DNA of 51,855 nucleotides from Salpingoeca rosetta. Taxonomy: Eukaryota; Protista; Choanoflagellata. Both the position numbers and the translations under genes were made by a program. This document shows, piece by piece, positions 11,885 to 23,402 of the stretch (position 1 is the first letter of the stretch; every line of letters begins with the position of its first letter). Where the stretch lies: NCBI GenBank assembly GCA_033442325.1, contig JAWQFM010000016.1, positions 475,666-527,520 of the forward strand. Direction: 5' to 3'. The notes beneath the pieces are model-generated. The model was given only the letters and a program-made list of their open reading frames with translations. It was not told the DNA's origin and did no database searches.

Positions 11885-12637
11885 TGCTGCCGTGTTTTCG
11901 ATGCCATCAGGTGGTGCTGGGTGGACTGGAGATTGACGATGACGCGTGCACGGCGCTCGTGTCCGGCTTTGCCTCCATGCCCGCACTGCTCGTTGCCAGT
12001 CTGCACGACAACAGCAGTACGTCACTGTGCACTGTGTATGTGTGTGTATGCATGCATGCGTGCTGATATGTGCGTGCACGTGCATGTGTGCTGACATGTG
12101 CGTGCGTGGGTGTATGTGCATGTGTGCATGTGTGCAATTGTGGGAGGAGTGGCAGGAGGCTGTGCATTTGTGGATCCCTGTTACAGACCCCACCTTGCAC
12201 ATGCACATGCACCACACTCACGCGCGCACTTTGACCGCTTTCGTTTCATGTCAGTTGGCGACGCGTGTGCACGGGGCATCGTAGATCTTTGCACATCGGG
12301 CTCCCTCGACCACATGCAGCTGCTTGTGTTGACGCTCAACTTCATTTCCCCAGCGCTGCAGCAGGAACTTGGTGAGGCAGCACAGTCGTCATTACTGCTC
12401 GTGTCGACGTCGTACATGCGTGCGTGCACGTGCGCGTGTTGGTGTTTCTCGTCTTCATTCTAATCCCGCCACAACTTAACACAACACACCACATCACACC
12501 ACACACCACACCACACCACACCACCAGCTGCGGCGTGTGTGTCGCGCGGGATTGCTGTTGATGTGCACCGCAACCGCCGGCGGGCGAAGATGGCGGCAGC
12601 GACGGAGGAGGAAACGGAGGCACCGGCCATGCAGTGA
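10514..12637 (+). CDS. Leucine-rich repeat (RNI-like) protein with N-terminal signal peptide/anchor and polyQ
   Basis: Five exons, approximately 10514-11330, 11623-11708, 11911-12016, 12255-12371, 12528-12637. N-terminus WRVLLLLLVVVLVAGTASIAAVAAA. LRR-type units LYELTLSDVSL, LEALLLRDVKL, LRRLEVS, LTRVVLGGLEIDDDAC, LLVASLHDNSIGDACARGI, MQLLVLTLNFIS. Start Met is uncertain (several in 10514-10540). Confidence 0.75.
11348..11470 (+). repeat. Intronic degenerate tandem repeat, ~52-58 nt unit anchored on GTGAAAATATGTGT...GTGAATATGCGTGA
   Basis: GAAAATATGTGT recurs near 11348, 11406 and 11458. Confidence 0.7.
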
Positions 12638-12881
12638 TGGTCGCAGTTATGACAATGCAGTGATGGTCGCAGTTATGACAATGCCGTGATGGTCGCAGTT
12701 ATGACAATGCCGTGATGGTCGCAGTTATGACAATGCCGTGATGGTCGCAGTTATGAAAATGCCGTGATGGTCGCAGTTATGACAATGCCGTGATGGTCGC
12801 AGTTATGACAATGCAGTGATGGTCGCAGTTATGACAATGCCGTGGTGGTCGCAGTTATGACAATGCAGTGATGGTCGCAGT
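12629..12881 (+). repeat. 26-bp minisatellite ATGC(A/C)GTGATGGTCGCAGTTATGACA, 9 full copies plus a 19-nt partial
   Basis: Units start at 12629, 12655, 12681 and so on to 12863; head-to-tail with no spacers. Confidence 0.97.
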
Positions 12882-13176
12882 GCTCGCTTGCTGTTGTTGT
12901 TGTTGTTGTGGTGGTAGTCGTGATGAAGAGTCATGGGCGTGGTGGTTGCGTGCGTGTGCTGTGGTTCGGGAGTGTCAAGTGTGTGGTGATACTATGATGC
13001 ATTGTTCTGTCGCCGTTGCGTATCTTCAGACCCTGTGGTGGTTCTTTTGCTACTCAAGACTGCTGCCTGTGCGCGTGCGCACGGTTACGATGTTGATTGT
13101 GATATGGCATTGGTTGTGTTGGTGTTGTTACCCCATGTTCTGTGAAGTTACGGCCTCGCAGCGTTGCGTTTACTCT

Positions 13177-15358
13177 TTATTCTGACGTTACCATCGTGCA
13201 CATCAGCGTGGATGGCCGACAGCACAACAACAATAAACAACAGCGGAGAGAGGAGTGTGGACGTGGTGTGAGCTGGAACAGGGTTAATGAAGCAAAGGGA
13301 CACTGTGCACACGGCACAAGGCAAAGCTGGCAGAGAAGCTCAACCAAGACATCACGACATGCTACACACACACACACACACACACAGACACAGACACACA
13401 CACAGGCAGACACATGCACACACACAGGCACACACATGCACACACACACGCACACAGACACAGACACAGACACAGACACACACACACACACAGACATGCA
13501 CACACAATGCCGCCGACCTGTATGGAGGGAGGCGAGGACGCTTGCGTCGGGGTAGCTGCTCTGCGTGCCCTGCTGCTGCACGGAGACAGTCGCAATGGCA
13601 CCGGCTTTGGCCACCGCCGTTCGCAGCGGCAGCGACGGGTCTGTCGCCAGGAAGTACCCTGCAGAGATGGTTGTGATCACGGTGGGAGGGGGTTGAGAAC
13701 GAAGTGGGGAGAGGATTGTGGCGTGGTGGTGATTGCCGTGATTACCGTGATTGCGGTGATTGTGTGAGAGGGAAACAGACGTCACAGCAGGTGAGTGCAC
13801 ACGCGCGAGACACAACAGAGGCACAGCAGAGTACTCATCCCCCCAAACGCAACCGCGACCACAACAGAATGGAATGGAATTGAATGGGGGTAGTCTGACC
13901 AAGAGCGCCGATGAACGCATCGCCGGCACCAGACGTGTCCACGGCAGTGACTGCAGCGCAAGGTGGGGTGTGCGAGTGAGTGAGTGTGGGTTAGGGATGC
14001 CGCGAGCCATGCCATGCCCCAGCATGACATGACCACCCGGCACATGGCGCGTGTGGAGATGAGCGAGTGGCAATGCACCTTTCGTTGCCGGCATGTGGAA
14101 CGGGTCGCCGTCGCCGGGTTTCGGCAGCACATATGTGCCTGAAGGTGGGAAGGGCGGAAGGAACAGGGGGTGTCACGGGCTTTGAGGTGCGAGCAAGATG
14201 AGTGCAGGAAAGAGAATGAGGGAAGAAAGGACAGCACACATGAATGCATGCTTGCACACATGCATGCATGCATGCAGCTTGCAAGAGACAAAGCCCCCCA
14301 ATACCTTGGGGCCCGAGGGTGATGATGATGCATTTTGCGTTGTGTTTGTCCTGCAGAGCACGGGCAGCGGCTTCAGCGTCCTGGCACACACACGCACACA
14401 CACATGTTGAGACAAAGGACGTGCATGAATGCAAAGCGTGGGTGCTGCGAGTACACAGGCAGACAGGTAAACACACAGACACACACAGACACACACAGAC
14501 ACACAGCGGCACGTCAGCATCATGTGTGCGGCACCTGGACGGTTTGGACATCGACACCCGTGACCATCGCTGCCTCCGTTTCGTTGACGCAGAAAATGTC
14601 GGGAAGCGTGAACAGCTCGCTAGCAATCTCGGCCTTTGCGGGGGCAAGGTTGAAGATGCTGTGGAGATTGCCGGGGGGGGGAGGGGGAAGGGGTGTTGTG
14701 TGTGTGCGTGTGTAGTTTACTCGTGTGCAGGCTACAATCGCGTGTTCATACCATGCAAGTACAGCCATTCTTTCATACAGACACACACACACACGCACAC
14801 ACACACACACACACACGCACACACACACACACACACACACACCTGAACACGCCGTGTTTGTTTGCAAGTCGCAGCGCCGCGAGCGTGGTCTCTGGGCGAA
14901 TCTCGTACTGTGTAATCACAACCTGGCCAACCGTGCAGAGTGGTGAGGAGAAGGTGGAGGGTGAGGTGGAGGCGGGTGTTGAGCGAGCTTGGAGAGTGTG
15001 CACGTTGTCATCACTGGCAGAACAACGACGCGCAATTCATCCTTTCGCACGTGCACACACACATGAGTGTCATAGATCGCTGCTGGACCTTTGCGTGTGC
15101 GATCAAGTCCTCTACCCGGCCAATATCAGCCTCAGACAGCTTGTCGTTTGCACCGTTCACGATGATGATGCTGTTCTGCCCTGTTCACAAGACAAAAGGA
15201 GGAGGAAGAGGGAGTAGGGAAGATGGACGCGGAATGACGCCAGAAGGGATGAGGGGTCTTATCTGCCCACGTAGCATGCATATCATTCGCAGCAATCGCA
15301 GAAAGGAAAGACATCGACAACCACACAGCCATACACACACAGCCACACACACACACAG

Positions 15359-15390
<32 letters not shown>

Positions 15391-16331
15391 CACACACACG
15401 CACACACACACACTCTCTTTCTCACTCACTCACACACACACACACACACACACACACTCTCTCTCTCTCAATCAACCAAACCAAACCAAACAAAACAAAA
15501 CCAAACGCACCGGCGTCATCGACGGCAATTGGGGCGACGCCCGTAAACTCTGCGTCGTCCTCCAGCACGTGCTCCGTGTTGATGCCATACCGCTCGTAGT
15601 TGTCCTTGGTTTCCTTGCCAAACACGTCCTTGCCAACCTTGGTCACCATTGCCGTGGATGCGCCGAGCTTGGCCGCCATGACGCACTGGTTGGCGCCCTT
15701 GCCGCCAAACCCTTTCTACCGGACCAAGCATAACACCACATGAGCGAAGCGAAGTGTGCGCAACATGCAAAGTCAAAATGCTGCGCGCTGCACAAAGCCG
15801 AAGCTGCAGACCTCATAGCACAGCAACATTTAGCCAAAGCCAGGCACAATCAAGACAAAGCAAGACACAATCAAGACAGTATTAAGCCAAATCTGTCCAA
15901 ATCCAAGACAAAAAACAAGACACAGTCAAGACAATATCAACACGTAATCTGGCCACCACATCAAGACACGTTCCTGGCAGCACCCTCGTTCACCAAACCT
16001 TGAAGCAGTGGCCGTGCAGGGTTTCACCAGGCTTTGGCAGAGATGGCACATAGCTGTTGCACATGAAATGGTGGCAGATAAATGCACAAAGAAAGTCGCG
16101 TTGGTGAGGTGACGCGTGGAGAGGTGGTGAAGATCAACACAGCTTGGTTGTGAGCACCTTGCCAGTGCGATAAATGCAAGCAACAGCAGTGGAATACCTG
16201 GTCAGGTCCATGTTGGACGCGCCAACGACCTGAATCCGCGGTGCGCACGACAACATGCATCTGCGAATGTCAATCACAAAGAAACAATACATACACAGAC
16301 ATACACAGACACACACACAGACACACACACA

Positions 16332-16389
<58 letters not shown>

Positions 16390-16461
16390 GCACACACAAA
16401 GCACACACACACACACACACACACAAAGCACACAGAGTCTCACCACAACTTGCGAAGACAT
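13177..16461 (-). CDS. RBKS: Ribokinase (PfkB family), about 12 exons
   Basis: Spliced product MSSQVVVVGASNMDLTSYVPSLPKPGETLHG...GFGGKGANQCVMAAKLG...TGVAPIAVDDAGQNSIIIVNGAN...QYEI...IFNLAPA...FCVNETEA...IIITLGPQG...VTAVDTSGAGDAFIGALG...SVQQQGTQSSYP. The last exon is uncertain. Confidence 0.95.
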
Positions 16462-17053
16462 GCCAGTTGTTGGTGTTCAGTGGTGTTGTTGCCAGGCTGC
16501 CTCCTTTTCGCTCTCCTTCTCCTTCTTGCTTGTTCCTCTTTGTTGTTTGGGTGCTGATTAATCGCAATGTCATGGCAATATTTCCGTAATCGCGTCCACC
16601 ATTTCCGCGCAAGAAGAAGAAGAAGAAGAAAGAGGACGTTGAGGTGAACAGAGGGGACATTGTTGGTGGTGTTGGTGTGGTAGTCGATCCTGTCTTGCTC
16701 CTTGGTTTGTTGTTGAGTCACCGCCACAGAGGCCTGCACAGTGCGCTCGCACTGGTGTTGCAACCCTGGCTGGTGCCAACGCTTGTTCTCTTTGATTGCG
16801 AGCATTTCGTGGCTGGTTTACTTGTCAACACACCAGCCATCCAACTGCCAGTTGTCGACAGTCCCGTCTGCTTCTTGCGGTGCTCACAGTGACGGCTCGC
16901 CATCCTCCGCCATTCCTTTCGCTGTGCGTTGTTATTTCGCCTTCTTCAGCTTGGTCACAGTGACACACCGAAGCACGTTCGACGCCCACTCTCGTTTCCA
17001 CTGCCAGTTCGATTCACAGACAGCGGTGCATTAGCGCCGCACCCAACGTCATC

Positions 17054-17704
17054 ATGACCAATGTGAGGCAGGCTGTGTGGCGACAGTGCAGCCTGGTTTG
17101 CTTTGGTTCTTGCCGTTGCGTTGGTGCTGTGTGGTGCTGTGTGGTGCCGCGCTTTCCTGATGCTGTGTGCCACATTTCCTTGCGCTAATGCTGGCTTTTT
17201 CAACTTGATGCCCTCCCTGTGTTGCTGGTTCTCGCTCACACCCACCCACACCCACAGCCGCAGTCCTTGCAGTACATTGTACAGCAGATCAAGTCTGCCA
17301 GCAGTGCCAATCCACAGGTAGCACATCCTGCCGCTGTTTGTGTTGCTCGCGTGCTCTGATTGCATGGGCGCTGCCACAACAGCAGCACGCCGCACACTGC
17401 ACACATTGCACACTGCGCAGCGTACTGTACACACTACACACTGCGCACTGCGCACTGCGCATTCGAAGTTCTCACGTATGACCACGCTGCACTTGTGTGC
17501 GTGCGTGTGTGTGCAAGGCTGCCGAGCGCATTGTGACGCGCGTGAAGTATGTGACGAGTAAGCTCAGATTTGGGCAGCTGCAGCCGCTCGTGTCCGATCG
17601 AGACAGCGGCACCGACAACGACATCCTCGGCGCAATCTTGGAGGCTCTGGACAACTTGCAGCGCGCACACCGCGATCACAGCACGCTCCAACGGCTCATC
17701 GTTG

Positions 17705-17761
<57 letters not shown>

Positions 17762-19870
17762 GAATACATTCGTGAGGGGGGGGGGAGGGGAGAGGGTGCG
17801 TGCTTGTCAGGGAACATGTGCCCACAGATGCAGCTCTGTGTATTCGCTGTGTGTTTTGTTTGTGTGCATGCATGGTCGACAAGAGCCAACACAAACACAC
17901 ACACAGACACACACAGACACACACACACGGACACACGGATACAGACACACGGATACAGACACACGGACACAGACACACGGACACACTCACAGACTAACAA
18001 TGCTCACCCAATTACGTTCTTTCCTTCACCTCTCCTCTACTTTACGTCACGTTTCATCTTCTATGCCTCCTCCTGTGCTGTCGAGCAGATTCGGGTGGCT
18101 GTTGTCGTTGCGAGCGGCGATGCGTCTGCCATGCTCGTGTTGGCGTCGCAACTTCGCGGCTCACACCGCACCATCCCAGTCTCCGAGGTGATGAAGACGG
18201 AGGCGGGAGGATATAGAGTGTTAATGAACTCGTGGAGGTGGTGTGTGGATGTGCTTGAGCGCTAATCATGCTGCCGGCGCTTTATAAGTGCCTTTACCTC
18301 ACAATCCTGTTCATATTCACACACACACACACACGCACAAAACAAAAAAAAAAAAAAACCAACAAAACAAAAAAACAAAAACAAAAAAACACACACACAG
18401 CCTTTGGCGCAGCTGCACATGTCGACGGGTGTATGGATGCAGCACTCCACGTCCATTGTGCCGCGAGCACCGCCCCCACCGGACCTGACAGGAGCGGCAT
18501 CCTCCTCCGTCGACACGTGCTCCCCGCATTCGCCTGCCCCACTACAGCCTCGCGACATTGTCAACACGCTCCTCCCTGAGCGGGACTTTTCCGCCACCAG
18601 CATGCGCGTGCGTGATGCAGGCCGCCTGTCGCAACTGGGCATTGACCTGGACTCCGCGTGCGTGCTTGCAGGCAACGGCGCGCTCTTCTACCTCACAGCC
18701 TCGACGTTTGTGAAGCTCGTGCCGACGCCAACACCGGGCGAGCTCAGCATTGCCTTTATCAAGCCCTCCCCTCTCGGGTAAGCCGCTCTTGTGTGTGCTC
18801 GTTTGCGTGCCATGTGTGTGTGTGTGTATGCGCGTGCGTATGTGTGTGCTCTTGTCTGCGTGCCATGTGTTGCTTCCGCGACATTCCACAACACCGTCGC
18901 CATCACATGCCACTAACCCTCATCCTAACCCCATCTCATCGACAACGTCTCCACCGTCACTACTCCCATCCCCCTTCCAAGCGAGTCCGTCACGCCCGTG
19001 TCGGCCACCATTGCCGATGGCACCGTGTATGTCCTCGTGGCAGAGTCGACAAAGCTGCACGTCATTCCGCACGAGGGCCAGGCACCCGCAGCGCAATACG
19101 ACGTACGCGCATTGGTGGTTGCTGCTGCTGCTGCTGCACACGTGTTGGCCAAGGTGTGGCGGCCAGCCTGTGGCTGACGTTTCTCAGTGCAAATTCTTAC
19201 GCTTGCCCTCTTCCGTCCCTGTGTTGGCTGCAATCGCGCAGATTGTTGGTGCGGTGATTACGACAGACATGATCAAGGACAAGCAGTGCCATTTGTTCAC
19301 CCACGCCTTTCGCCCCCACATATGCTGGCGCTCCTCCGCACTCCCCATCGGTGCTGCGCTTGTTGTTGTCGTTGTCGTTGTCGTTGGCGTTGGCGTTGCT
19401 GGTGGTGGTGTTGGTGGTGGTGTTGGTGGTGGTTGCGCTTGCCGTGGATGGTGGCGATGGTGTTGTTCTGGTTTCGCGTGCTTACTGGTCAGGGCATGGC
19501 GCACGCCATGGTTGTTTGTTTGCCTGTGTGTAGTCCACGCCGTTATTGCTCCACCAGAAATATGCCACGCGTTCTTACGTATTGCCTTGCTGTGCGTTCA
19601 GTTTGGGAAACGAGCGCGCTGTGCCTCGATCCACACAGCAGCAATGGCTGCATCCATCTTGCGCGAGCAGACCACACCCGTTCGATCATGATGCAAGATC
19701 ATGTTGTCTTTGACAAACTGGAGCGCGTCTCGGATCCCGGCAGCCTGACGCGCTCCTGCACCCTCTGTACGACCCAGAGGGGGAGAGACAGCGAGAGGGA
19801 GAGAGACAAACAGACAAGCGCACGCACACACGTACACCGACACCGACACCGACACCGACACAGACACAGG

Positions 19871-19911
<41 letters not shown>

Positions 19912-20666
19912 CAACACACAACACACAAACACATACACACACACACACACAACGCTCACGTCCTCGCCCAATTCATCCCAAATGACCTGTAGGCCAACTG
20001 CTTGGGGACCGGTTTGATGCGTACATGACGTCGTCGTGGATGGACGCGGTCAAGTTTGGCTGCAACGTCTACATCAAGTCCCTTACCCTGAAGCTCGACC
20101 AGGACACAGCGCACGTATGTCATCCATTGCTCGCAACCTTTTCAGGGGAGGGCGGAACCAACTTGGGGGTGGCGTGTCAAACGCGAGTGAGAGCTGTTCC
20201 GCGGTTCAATGTGATGGTGTGTGATGTACCGCACATCAGCACACACCAGCTCACCCGTTCTCCTTGTCCCTTCCCCTGAAATGCACGTGCGTGTGCGTGC
20301 ATGTACGTGCGCGTGTGTGCCGTCATCAGGACGACTGGGAGCGGCTGCAGTTGAACTCGGGCACGCCTGTGTTTCGACTGACGGGATCATACATCTTCCT
20401 CGGTGCGCCCGTTTCACCATGACATGAAAGAGGGGCGAGGGGACCGTTGTGTTGGCCATCGTTGTGTTGACGCATAGGGGAAGTGATCGAGTGTGTGAGC
20501 GTGTGTGAGTGAGTGAGTGAGTGAATGAGTGAGCGAGTGAGTGAGTGTGTGTGTGTGTGAATGAGTGAGTGAATGAGTGAGTGAGTGAGTGAGTGAGTGA
20601 GTGAGTGAGTGCTTGTTGGACATTTTCTGGATGTTGAAATCAAACTCTTCCACTCATCGTTTGCAT

Positions 20667-20705
<39 letters not shown>

Positions 20706-20870
20706 CGCACGCACATTCATTCATTCATTATTTTTATGCAGCTGAGAACATCACCGACCGCCTTCTTGTCCAGCGTTCCAACTTTGACATGCTGACCATG
20801 GTGGAGGACAAAACTGTGCCACCAAAACTCTCCGTCCTCGCCTCATTTGGTGCGCCCGCACTCACACACA

Positions 20871-20908
<38 letters not shown>

Positions 20909-21577
20909 CTCTCTCTCTCTCTCTCTCGCGAGCAAGGCCTTTTTCCCTGTTCTGCATCCCATTGTCCTCCCAACCTTTTGCTCACCCCGCCCCAACCGAT
21001 TGTTCACGCCACCACCCTGTTTGAACATTCCCCTTTCGTCCCTGCTCCATTGCCCCCACCGTCACAGACGAGCCCGTGAAGTGTGTGCGGCTGTGGTCGG
21101 AGCACGAGTACCTCTTCCTGATGCAATCGAACGCCATCTTCATCTTCAACACCAAGGAAACCATCCAGCAGCGCCTTACAAACATCTCCCTCAAGCCAGT
21201 ACGTCACATGATTTTTCCACATTGCTCGCGCAGTCTCCCCTGCCCCCGTTTTGTGTCCTGAATTTCTTGACACGCGCACTTCATGTAATTTGCCCCACCT
21301 CACGCCCATTACATCCACTCAATGCTTCCGTCTCTGCGGTTCTCCGTTATTCGTTCTGCCTTTCATCGCCCCTCCCCCCCAAGGGCGAGGGCATTGTCGA
21401 TGTTGTTGTGTTTGCGAGCGCCGACAACCGGCGCCAGCTGCTGTTGCGCACAACAACGGGTGCACTTGTTGTCGTTGCCAACCCGCTGTTTGTGCTCGAT
21501 ATTGCCTCCTCGGCCTCGACAAAGTTCTCAAAGCGATACGGCGGCAAAGGTAGTACGATTCGTGACACACCATCTTC

Positions 21578-21612
<35 letters not shown>

Positions 21613-23322
21613 GTTCTCCGGACTCATGTTGGGGATTGCTTTGTTGACAGCCGAACCCTACACCCCGCCCCGCACACATACTCACTTACACATACTCACT
21701 TGCACATACACACTCGCTCATACTCTCACCCACATCTGCCCTCTGCCATTATCATGGCCTTCAGACCGGCTCACCGGGCGGCGGCGGACAATGCGCACTC
21801 GCTTAAACGGCGAGCGGAGGGCGTTGCGTCCAGCCCCGTCATCATTATCATCATCATCGACGCTACGATCGTCATCGTCCCCATCAATATCGCGGCAGCA
21901 GCAGCAGCAGCACCGCAACGAGGGTGTTGTTGGGCGAGTGCTGATGCTGCGCAGTGCAGCGCGCCGCAATGCGCGGGAAGTGCTGCGTCGGCTGGCGGGC
22001 AGGCCGTGCGAGGAGAGCGGCCTCGCTGCCATGCTGAAGCGCGCAAACGAGCAGCTCGAAGGCAAGGCAGCACAGGCGGCAGAGCACGGGCTGGCGTCAA
22101 GTGGACTGGCTGTCCTGAAGGAAGAAGACGGCGAAGAAGACGGCGAAGAAGCCAGTGCGAATGGTGTTGGAGAAGAAGAAGGAGAAGACGCGCAGCAAGG
22201 TGAAGCAAAGGCAGAGCGGGAAGAAGGCGGTGACAAGACGCCCGGCACCTCCACCGCCTCCACCACGACCACACGACACGAAGCAGAAAAGGGCACGCGT
22301 GGCGCTGCCACCGACGGCACACCCACAGGCAGCAGCAAGGCCGAAGGTGCTGGTGAAGGCAGCGAAGAACAGGGTCATGACGACAAGGAAGAGCGTGGTG
22401 CTGACACCGACAAGACAGCAACGGAGGTTGGAGCATCTTTGGCAACGGCAATGCGGAAGAAGAAGCGGCCTCGCGTCTCCTTTGTGCTGGATCACCTGCA
22501 GCCCAACGCAGACGCGCAGGAAAAGGACAAGAAGGAGGGCACGGGGACCGCACGGCTGTCAGCCAACAGCACGCTGGGACAGGCTAAGGACAGTAGCAAG
22601 AGGAGCAAGAAGAAGGAGAAGAAGAAGAAAAAGAAGAAAGAGAAGAAAGAGAAGAAAGAGAAGAAGAAGGGGACCGGAGATGCATTGGCGAAAAAGGCAA
22701 GTGGCGGCGTGGGCGACCTGAAGGCGCCATCTCCCGATGCCAACGGGCAGTCCGCGGGCGAGGGTGCTGATGGTGTGCTCGATGTTGACACGGCCATGAG
22801 TGGTGATGGAGACGACGTAGACGAGGGCAGCCTGCTGCGTGAGCTGTGGGCGCCGAGCATGGCGTCAATTGCCCGCCGCCACCCACACCGCCCGCCACGC
22901 TGGTCTCCAGAGCGCGATCGCGTGCCGCCCTCAGCGACGGTGGCGACACCAGCGGCCAAGGAACCTGAGGCCGGTGAGGGTGATGGTGTCGGCCAGGAGG
23001 GTGATGCTGACGTGGCTGGAAGCGATGCGGTTCACTCCACAGCAGCGACTGGTGAGGCAACAGGGCCAGCTGAGGCAACAGGGCCAGCTGAGGCAACAGC
23101 TGGCGAGGCGACAGTCGCAGCAGAGGGCGATGACCGCGTGGAGGTTGCGCTACCGCTTACAGTTACGGCTGTCATCGATGTTGACGTCTCTGCCTCGCAT
23201 ATCGCTATTGTCACCACGGACCACACGGTGTGTAGTGCGCTCTGCTGTCGTGCTGGGCTGCACTTTGTCTCCAACCGCGATGCGGCCATGCGTCCATGCA
23301 CTCATGTGCACCCTGCTGCCTT

Positions 23323-23402
<80 letters not shown>

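Noticed and set aside
12629-12881. CRISPR-like array
   Set aside because: Units are contiguous with no unique spacers; eukaryotic context and no cas genes.
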